From NCBI GenBank assembly GCA_010093745.1, contig MU006001.1:62001-126000 (forward strand): a stretch of 64,000 nucleotides of DNA, written 5' to 3'. How positions within the stretch are numbered: position 1 is the stretch's first letter; the number at the start of each line of letters is the position of its first letter. The DNA is from Piedraia hortae CBS 480.64 (lineage: Eukaryota). Below, in pieces: positions 56,567 to 64,000 of this stretch. Below the pieces are notes generated by a model, which was not told the DNA's origin, made no database searches, and was given only the letters and a program-made list of their open reading frames with translations. A program made the position numbers and the translations under genes.

Positions 56567-59500
56567 ATGAATGTCAGCCAGCCAGTATCGAGCTATATAT
56601 CCAGCGTCAAATTCGACTTTCTAACCAACCAAGACGTGCGGGCGCTGTCGGTGCGGCGGATTGTCACGGGCGAGACGTTCGATACGTTGCTAAACCCGGT
56701 GCCCGGTGGGCTATATACGCCCGAACTCGGCCAGTTTGGAGACAATGCATGCTCGACTTGCGGCCTCATGACACCGCAGTGTCCCGGCCACTGCGGCCAC
56801 ATCCAGATGCCCGTCCTCTGCTACCACCCGACCTTTCTCGACCAGATCTACAAACTCCTCCGTGCGGCTTGCCTATTTTGTGGAAAGTTGAGAATGTCCC
56901 GCGTCCAGGTGCATCTTCACCTTTGCAAGTTACGGCTAGTGGATTACGGACTCTTAAACGAAGTTCAAGGGTTGGATGATATTCTTTTGTCGAGTGCGGA
57001 GGGGTCAGAGGACGAAGATGAGAGGAAGGAGGAGGATTCGGCGTGGGTGATGAAGAGAATGGACAAGTTCCTTGGCCGCGTGGTGCAGCGTGCGCGGGCG
57101 AATGGGAGCTTGTTCCCGCCGAAGACTGAGGCTGTGCTGAACGCGAGAAGAAAGGTCGTGGCCGATTTTCTGGCTGGGATGCTGAAAAGCGCTGTATGTC
57201 GCAACTGCGATGCTATCAACCCGGGATATCGTAAGGACCGGTTCGTCAAGATCTTCCGCAAACCGCTCAAAGAAAAGGATGCGAACAAGAACATTCAGAG
57301 AGGCCTCAAGATGAAGGATCCGACTGTAGAGATGCGGAAACAGGTCAAGATCGGTCGCAAGAGGAAGCGAGATACCGACGAAGCCATCTCAGCCATGGGG
57401 TCCACGGCGGAGAGTGAAGAGGAGATGCAGATTGATAGTGGGACTGCCATAGCGGATGGAGCAGTCGAGAGCAGAATACGCAAAGCAGCCAAGGATCCAG
57501 AGGTTTATCTGAACCCGAACAGAGTGCATGCTCAGCTCTCGCTGCTGTTTGAGCAGGATCAAGATATCCTCGCCGCAGTGTATGGCCACACACGGATAAG
57601 GCTGCGTGATCGCCCTCTAACGCCTGACATGTTCTTCCTCAAGGATATCTTGGTACCCCCAAACCGGTACAGACCAGAGGCGCGAATGGGCAGCAACCAG
57701 CTGGCTGAGTCTCCGGATAACACTTTGTACAAAAACATACTGAAAGCCTGCGACAACCTGGCTGTTATCCAGCGAGAACTGAGTGGTAAAGACAGCGGTG
57801 AGGGGAGACTCCGTCCGAGGACGTACATGGACTTTGAGGCTACTTGGATACAGCTGCAGGAAGCGGTGAATTCGCTCATAGATCGTGACCGAAATCCTAT
57901 ACAAGGTGCTGCCGGCCTACGGAATCCAGACGGCATCAAGCAGAAACTAGAGAAGAAGGAGGGCATTTTCCGCAAGAATATGATGGGCAAGCGGGTTAAC
58001 TTCGCCGCCCGCACCGTCATCAGCCCGGATCCCAACATCGAGACCAACGAGATTGGCGTTCCGCCCGTTTTCGCCCTCAAACTGACCTATCCCGATCCCG
58101 TTACACAGTGGAACGCTGAGGATCTGCAGGAAGCTGTGCGAAATGGGCCGCTCAAATGGCCTGGTGCAGTTGCCATCGAGAACGAGAATGGGCAGGTCAT
58201 CCGTCTGGACGGCAAAACCGTCGATGAGCGGCTGGCATTGGCAAATAACCTCCTTGCCCCGTCAGTAGACGTGCGTGGGACACGGCCCAAAAAGGTCCAT
58301 CGACACCTGAACAACGGCGACATTGTCATCATGAACAGACAGCCGACGCTGCACAAGCCGTCGATGATGTGCCATCGAGCGCGAGTGCTGCCAGGGGAGA
58401 AGACGCTGCGAATGCACTACGCAAACTGCAACACATACAATGCCGATTTTGACGGCGACGAGATGAACCTTCACTTTCCGCAAAACGAAATGGCGCGGGC
58501 AGAGGCCATGATGATTGCCGATACGGATAACCAATATCTCTCCGGCACGGCAGGAAACCCTTTGCGTGGTCTTATTCAGGACCACATCTCAATGAGTGTG
58601 TGGCTGACAAACCGCGATACCTACTACGAGCGTAACGACTATATGCAGCTTCTCTACGCCGCTCTGCGGCCGGAGAACGGCCACTGCTCGACGGGTAAGA
58701 TTGAGACGGTGCCGCCGGCGGTGATGAAGCCGAAAGCCCTCTGGACGGGGAAGCAAATCGTCACCAGCGTGCTGCTAAACCTCTTGCCGTGCCATGAAGG
58801 CGAGTACATTGGCAGCCTGTCGATGACGGGGAAGAGCACGACGGATCCAAAGCTCTGGGGTAAGGAAGGCGGCAATGAGGAGGCTGTGGTCATCTTCAAA
58901 GATGGATACCTCTGCCAGGGCATCCTTGATAAGAAACAGATTGGCCCGTCTTCGGGCGGGTTTGTAAACGCCGTGTATGAGCTATACGGGGCTACGGTGG
59001 CCGGTCGACTGCTTTCCGTTCTTGGTAGGCTGTTGACGAAGCTGGAGAGCATGCGTGGCCTCAGCTGCGGTGTGGAAGATTTGGTATTCACGCGAAGGGG
59101 CGAGGAAATGCGGCGAGAAGCACTGGCTGAGGCCGAGGTTGCCGGGCAAAAGGTTGCCGTGAAATACGTGGGTCTCCAAGATGAGAGCCCCTCCAGCGGA
59201 GACAAGGAGCTCCGTCGGCGACTGGAAGAGGTCCTACGCGATGGACAAAAGCAGGCAGCGCTGGACCAGCTGACCAACAACTACACAAAGGACATATCTT
59301 CCAAAGTCACAAACAACTGTCTGCCTGACGGCCTCGTGAAGCCGTTTCCACGCAACCAAATGCAGACCATGACCATGTCTGGTGCCAAAGGAAGCAAGGT
59401 CAACGCCAGCCAGATCAGCTGTAATCTCGGGCAGCAAGTTCTGGAAGGTCTGAGAGTCCCGGTCATGGTATCTGGTAAGACGCTGCCGTGCTTCAGGCCG

Positions 59501-61645
59501 TTCGAATCGTCAGCTCGAGCTGGCGGGTACATTGTCGACCGCTTTTTGACAGGCGTGCGTCCGCAAGAGTTCTTCTTCCACGCCATGGCTGGCCGCGAGG
59601 GTCTCATCGATACTGCCGTCAAAACCTCCCGCTCGGGCTACCTCCAGCGGTGCCTGATCAAAGGCATGGAAGGGCTGAAGGCGGAATACGATGCTTCGGT
59701 TCGTGACTCTGCCGGCCTGCTTGTACAGTTTGTCTACGGCGAGGACGGCCTAGACGTAACCAAGGCCAAGTACCTCACAGACTTCAAATTCACAGCTGAA
59801 AACCACGAGACAATCTTCCACTCGTTGGGTGTTGGCGATGACTTCCACCGCGTGCGAAACGAAGCAGTGGCGCAACACAACAAGGATGCTGTCAAGAAAT
59901 TCCGCAAAACGGGCGATCTCGGGGCTTCTGACCCGGCTTTGTCGCTGTATCCTCCCAGCGAATGCCCCGGCAGCACGAGCGAGCGCTTCTACATGGACAC
60001 GGCCGAGTACCTGAAGCAGAACCCAGACAAGCTCATCCGGGACCGGAAGCAGGGCGTCGAGGGGCTCGGCGGGCTTAGCAAAAAGAGCTTCCAGGCTCTG
60101 TTGGACGTGCGATACTTCAATTCGGTCATCCAGCCTGGTGAAGCCGTTGGCGTGGTGGCAGGCCAGTCCATCGGAGAGCCCAGTACGCAGATGACACTCA
60201 ATACTTTCCATCTAGCAGGTCACTCGGCCAAGAACGTGACACTGGGTATCCCGCGTCTGAGAGAGATTCTCATGACGGCCGCCAAGAACATTTCCACGCC
60301 GACCATGACGCTGGTGCTGAAGAGAGGAGTCAAGCTGTCAAAGGCTAGACGCTTTGCCAAGACGCTCAGCCGGCTGAACTTGGCAGAAGTTCTTGATAAA
60401 GTGACGGTTAAGGAAGAGCAGGGCCGTGGTGAGATTTACGCCCAGGCAAAACTCTACCATGTGCAGCTGGACTTTTTCCCCAAAGAAGAATACGAGAAGG
60501 AGTATGGTGTGAGTGTGAAGCAGGTCGTGCGTGCCATTGAAGAGCGTTTCCTACCGGAATTGCAGACTATGGTGCGGAAAGAGCTGAAGAGAAGAGGAGA
60601 CATGAAATCGTTGAAAGAAGGAGACGACGCCAAAGACGATGCACGGCCCGAAATTGGCCAGTCTGCAGGCGTCGTCGAGCAACAAGCCAGTCGACGCGAG
60701 GGCGAGAGGGACGAGAGAGATGATGCGTCCGACGCCGAAGACGAAGGCGACGCAACAAGAGCCAAAGCCCTGCAAAACCAGCAACAAGAGGGATACGACG
60801 CCTTTGAAGACGACGAAGAGCAGGAGCTGCGGGCTCAGAACCGACGGGAAGACGAAGTTGACGGAGAAGACGCTCCGCCAGAGCAGCAAGCAGACGAAAG
60901 TCTCGAAGAGCGAGTCCGCGCGGCCGAACGGACAAGCGACGTGAGCGCCATATCCTTTGACGACAACCAGTGCAAATTCACCATGGAATACGGCGCCGAG
61001 ACGGCCAAGATCCTTATGCTGCACTTTGTAGAAAACGCCGCGCGGTCAGCCTCTGTGCAGCGGGTGCGTAACATCTCCACCGCCCGCGTCGACGAGGTTG
61101 GCATGAACGAGAGCAAAGCGCTCGCCATCTCCGTTGCAGGCTGCAATTTGCCCGAAATGTGGACTCATGACGCTGTCCTCGAACTCGATCAGCTCTATAC
61201 CAACTCTGTGCACGACATCCTTACCCACTATGGCGTTGAAGCCGCGCGCGCGGCCATTGTACGCGAACTCCGTGCGGTTTTCGACTCACATGGTATTGCC
61301 GTCGATCCGCGCCATCTGACCCTCATTGCTGATTTCATGACCCGCGATGGCGGCTACCAGGCTTACTCGCGCATGTCATATAGGGATAATCCCAGCGCCT
61401 TTATGAAGATGTCATTTGAAACGACGGTGGGGAACCTCAAAGACGCCCTCCTTGCTGGTGATGCAGATGATCTAAAGAACCCCAGTGCGAGGATTGTGGT
61501 GGGGAAGTTGGGCACAGTTGGGACGGGCGGGTTTGACGTTTTGCCTATTCATGATAAAATCGCTGCTGAGATGGACGTTGATATGGACGAGCTTGAGACG
61601 GAGACGGTGAGAATTGACGGAGAGGATGTACAGTTTACGTATTAA
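56567..61645 (+). CDS. RPA190: RNA polymerase I largest subunit
   Basis: CPGHCGHI, KKEGIFRKNMMGKRVN, HYANCNTYNADFDGDEMN, TAVKTSRSGYLQR, QMTLNTFH, NVTLGIPRLREI; intronless 1692 aa. Confidence 0.97.
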   Translation: MNVSQPVSSYISSVKFDFLTNQDVRALSVRRIVTGETFDTLLNPVPGGLYTPELGQFGDNACSTCGLMTPQCPGHCGHIQMPVLCYHPTFLDQIYKLLRAACLFCGKLRMSRVQVHLHLCKLRLVDYGLLNEVQGLDDILLSSAEGSEDEDERKEEDSAWVMKRMDKFLGRVVQRARANGSLFPPKTEAVLNARRKVVADFLAGMLKSAVCRNCDAINPGYRKDRFVKIFRKPLKEKDANKNIQRGLKMKDPTVEMRKQVKIGRKRKRDTDEAISAMGSTAESEEEMQIDSGTAIADGAVESRIRKAAKDPEVYLNPNRVHAQLSLLFEQDQDILAAVYGHTRIRLRDRPLTPDMFFLKDILVPPNRYRPEARMGSNQLAESPDNTLYKNILKACDNLAVIQRELSGKDSGEGRLRPRTYMDFEATWIQLQEAVNSLIDRDRNPIQGAAGLRNPDGIKQKLEKKEGIFRKNMMGKRVNFAARTVISPDPNIETNEIGVPPVFALKLTYPDPVTQWNAEDLQEAVRNGPLKWPGAVAIENENGQVIRLDGKTVDERLALANNLLAPSVDVRGTRPKKVHRHLNNGDIVIMNRQPTLHKPSMMCHRARVLPGEKTLRMHYANCNTYNADFDGDEMNLHFPQNEMARAEAMMIADTDNQYLSGTAGNPLRGLIQDHISMSVWLTNRDTYYERNDYMQLLYAALRPENGHCSTGKIETVPPAVMKPKALWTGKQIVTSVLLNLLPCHEGEYIGSLSMTGKSTTDPKLWGKEGGNEEAVVIFKDGYLCQGILDKKQIGPSSGGFVNAVYELYGATVAGRLLSVLGRLLTKLESMRGLSCGVEDLVFTRRGEEMRREALAEAEVAGQKVAVKYVGLQDESPSSGDKELRRRLEEVLRDGQKQAALDQLTNNYTKDISSKVTNNCLPDGLVKPFPRNQMQTMTMSGAKGSKVNASQISCNLGQQVLEGLRVPVMVSGKTLPCFRPFESSARAGGYIVDRFLTGVRPQEFFFHAMAGREGLIDTAVKTSRSGYLQRCLIKGMEGLKAEYDASVRDSAGLLVQFVYGEDGLDVTKAKYLTDFKFTAENHETIFHSLGVGDDFHRVRNEAVAQHNKDAVKKFRKTGDLGASDPALSLYPPSECPGSTSERFYMDTAEYLKQNPDKLIRDRKQGVEGLGGLSKKSFQALLDVRYFNSVIQPGEAVGVVAGQSIGEPSTQMTLNTFHLAGHSAKNVTLGIPRLREILMTAAKNISTPTMTLVLKRGVKLSKARRFAKTLSRLNLAEVLDKVTVKEEQGRGEIYAQAKLYHVQLDFFPKEEYEKEYGVSVKQVVRAIEERFLPELQTMVRKELKRRGDMKSLKEGDDAKDDARPEIGQSAGVVEQQASRREGERDERDDASDAEDEGDATRAKALQNQQQEGYDAFEDDEEQELRAQNRREDEVDGEDAPPEQQADESLEERVRAAERTSDVSAISFDDNQCKFTMEYGAETAKILMLHFVENAARSASVQRVRNISTARVDEVGMNESKALAISVAGCNLPEMWTHDAVLELDQLYTNSVHDILTHYGVEAARAAIVRELRAVFDSHGIAVDPRHLTLIADFMTRDGGYQAYSRMSYRDNPSAFMKMSFETTVGNLKDALLAGDADDLKNPSARIVVGKLGTVGTGGFDVLPIHDKIAAEMDVDMDELETETVRIDGEDVQFTY

Positions 61646-62293
61646 CTGGGGTTTATCCATTGTCTGGATACATGTCCGGTCCTTCCCTTTACTCCATCAT
61701 GTTCTAGACGGCCATATTCACGTACTCACTGTAGGCGAAACTCATCTTTCGACCCAGTAGCCCCTATCACTTTCTCAACCCCAGCCTTCCCTCTGCAATT
61801 TCGCCTTTGAGTGCTCAAGTCCGTTGGCAAGGAGGTTTATCCTGAATTGCTTACCATGCGGGCACATGTTTCTTTCATGTACACCATGGTGTGCTCGAAG
61901 CAAGAAAGTTGATGCTTGCCGCAGGAAGTTCTGTATCTCCCTCTGCGCCGGTCATTGTCTCCGAGCGACAGTTGCCGTAACGATCACGATCGGGGCATTG
62001 TTCCCAGGTGCTTGAGCAAGCCATGTTTGGATTCCGAGTAGATTGGGGGTGCGTTTGTGTGGGAGTTGTGAAGATTGAAAGGGCTCATTAACTCACTTGA
62101 CGTTTGGAACAGGGATTTATTTATTTTATTTTTTTCATTTTTATTTTTTTATATTTGGCCTTTCTTACCTCCCTTACAAGTTGTGGACCCAGAGCGGCAA
62201 TTTTCCTCAAACTTTGGCACACTAAAATGGTGCGTGGGAAGAAAGGCTTTTTCACTATGAAGGTGATGTCATAACACAAGACTGTCACCCGTT

Positions 62294-62411
62294 CAAGGTG
62301 ACTGGTTATGACTTGTGTGGTGGGGAATGGTAGCTAAGAAAGGTGGGGTTGTTCAGCCCGCGCACTTTCCTTCTCACCAACCCCCACCACGAGTCATAAC
62401 CTGCCACCTTG
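62294..62411. repeat. Imperfect long inverted repeat (fold-back)
   Basis: Arms 62294-62325 and 62381-62411 share exact complementary cores CAAGGTG/CACCTTG, GGTTATGACT/AGTCATAACC and GTGGTGGGG/CCCCACCAC. Confidence 0.8.
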
Positions 62412-63109
62412 GTCTAGTGGATTGGTAACGGAAAATCGACCGGATCTGTCGTACATAATGTTGGAAGATAGTTGTTGCGTAGCGCAATCGTTCTGAAGAT
62501 TGAGTTTTTACAAAGTTGTGTTTTCTGATGTTCAGCAACGAGCTTATATAAGTGGCTTCTTTGTTCAGACAGTCTCAAATATCACTCCATAGCTCCACTG
62601 TCCTCTTTATTATGCTCTTTGAGCATTTTGCTATACAAGATTTTTCTTTGTATAGTCTTTGTTATCGGGCCGAGGTATAGCACTAATACTTCTCAACAAC
62701 ACATAATGTCCTGCTGTGAAGAACATCAGTCCACCAGACTCCTTCACAGGTTGTACACCTCGAATTACAAGGTTCTTTTGGTCTCACACGGAACACTCAT
62801 CTTCGTCTCTCCCGCAAATATGAAAGTCAGCTATAGCCATGCCGACCACATTGTGAAACGACAAAATTGAATCCCATCACACAAGATTGCGAACCCAAAA
62901 ATGACCAAAACGCACAAAACAAACCATCATTGCTCCGGCACGTGGCCCTCCGGTCGGCCGCGCCGTCCACGCCGTCACGCCCTGATACGGTGAAAGCCCT
63001 GCACGCATCCCCTCGCCAACCCCTTTTACTAGTGATTTTGTACAATGGTCATGTATCTCGAGTGGTGATTCAATATATGAGTAAACTCTGAACCTGTAAT
63101 TCCTTCAGT

Positions 63110-64000
63110 AGTGGTCCAGTAGTATTGATTCACTGCAGAATCCAAGCACATTTACAGTACCGAATAAGGGGCTTCAGGCAGGCCTGGACCGAGTGGTGAG
63201 ACACTACTTCTTCATGACTGAGTTCACTGCCGAACAGTTTCATTATACAGAATTGGTTGAAGGCATGATCAAGTACGCAAAAGCCATCAGATATTCATTG
63301 GAACATTATTGGATTGAGGTTGATCATGTAGTGGTGGGTTATTGAAGAGAAATATGCCTACAATATATCTAAGCCTCACATGGTACAAATAGCTCCCCAC
63401 TCTTTGTCGATGAGTACGTGTCCAGATCTTCTTGGAGCATACTTTTTCTAGATAATTGTCAGCAACATGTACGGTCATGAAGTAATTACAAACTACGTCC
63501 TGCTCGCCGATTGGGCACGGATATCAACTTGGTGAATTACTGCTTTTGGACCGATGGTACCAGCAGTTCGGGAGGCTCTCGCTGGGCGCCCATGCAATCA
63601 CTCTCCATGATTCTGGCCGGCGAAAGTCGCAATGTAAGTCTTTCTGCCAAACATATTAATAAGTTTTCTCTGACAATCCACTCAACAGGAGAATTTTCAC
63701 CCTTCCCTTCACTTATTCGTTGCAGCCGGCGACAAAATCAAGGGCAATCAGATGATGGACGCCATTAAGGCGGATATGACGCGTCTTCAATGCGGCAAAA
63801 TGGCCTTCAACCGCAAAGCCAGGTCAAATCGAGTCCTCGTTGGTGGCCCAGTTACGGGGCAAGTTGACAACCTGGAGGCCTCCAGCCTCTGCAGCCACAC
63901 GATAAACAGCAAGCTTCCTTGCCGGACCTGCCTCTTTGACAAGCTGCAGGTGGAATCTTCGCACGATATCATCACATCTGGTACGTCTAGGGTGGTGATT
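63110..64000 (+). pseudogene. CMC/EnSpm-related DDE transposase remnant with an intron (63634-63688); runs off window end
   Basis: Spliced frame FWTDGTSSSGGSRWAPMQSLSMILAGESRN|ENFHPSLHLFVAA..MMDAIKADMTRLQCGKMAFN..VDNLEASSLCSH..PCRTC; several in-frame stops upstream of 63481. Confidence 0.62.

Noticed and set aside
63021..63035. CCCTTTTACTAGTG as a CACTA right end or Helitron CTAG end
   Set aside because: No matching left TIR or TSD and no subterminal hairpin found.

Overview
Eukaryotic, gene-dense chromosome segment from a filamentous ascomycete (Pezizomycotina; a Dothideomycete-like placement is my inference from protein similarity). About 26 mostly housekeeping genes: SGD1-like 5' part, SRP14, SLD2, RQC2, UGGT, NSL1, a Ca3427-like binding protein, a RasGAP, CHL1, VMA12, COQ1, ACE2/SWI5-like, RPS31, malic enzyme, a DUF4449-like protein, ERD2, PP28-like, SEC14, an orphan, CHS4, RPT3, RSC1/2, OTU1, an APH-like kinase, PRP3 and RPA190. 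Intergenic gaps are very short and introns are mostly 41-55 nt. Several real genes differ from the ORF track because of introns, which I resolved by hand. There are two accessory zones. The first (~45.5-54.6 kb) holds a decayed LTR-less Ty1/copia fragment, a 181-bp TA-flanked Tc1/mariner-pogo-type MITE and the APH-like kinase. The second (~61.7-64 kb) holds a long fold-back and an intron-containing, stop-interrupted CMC/EnSpm-like transposase not visible in the ORF track. The most unusual signal is a kilobase-scale alternation of C/A-rich and G/T-rich blocks that runs through coding sequence at third codon positions regardless of gene strand. I found no convincing tRNA, rRNA, CRISPR array or biosynthetic cluster, and no clearly novel multi-gene system. 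All family calls come from recalled motifs, not database searches.
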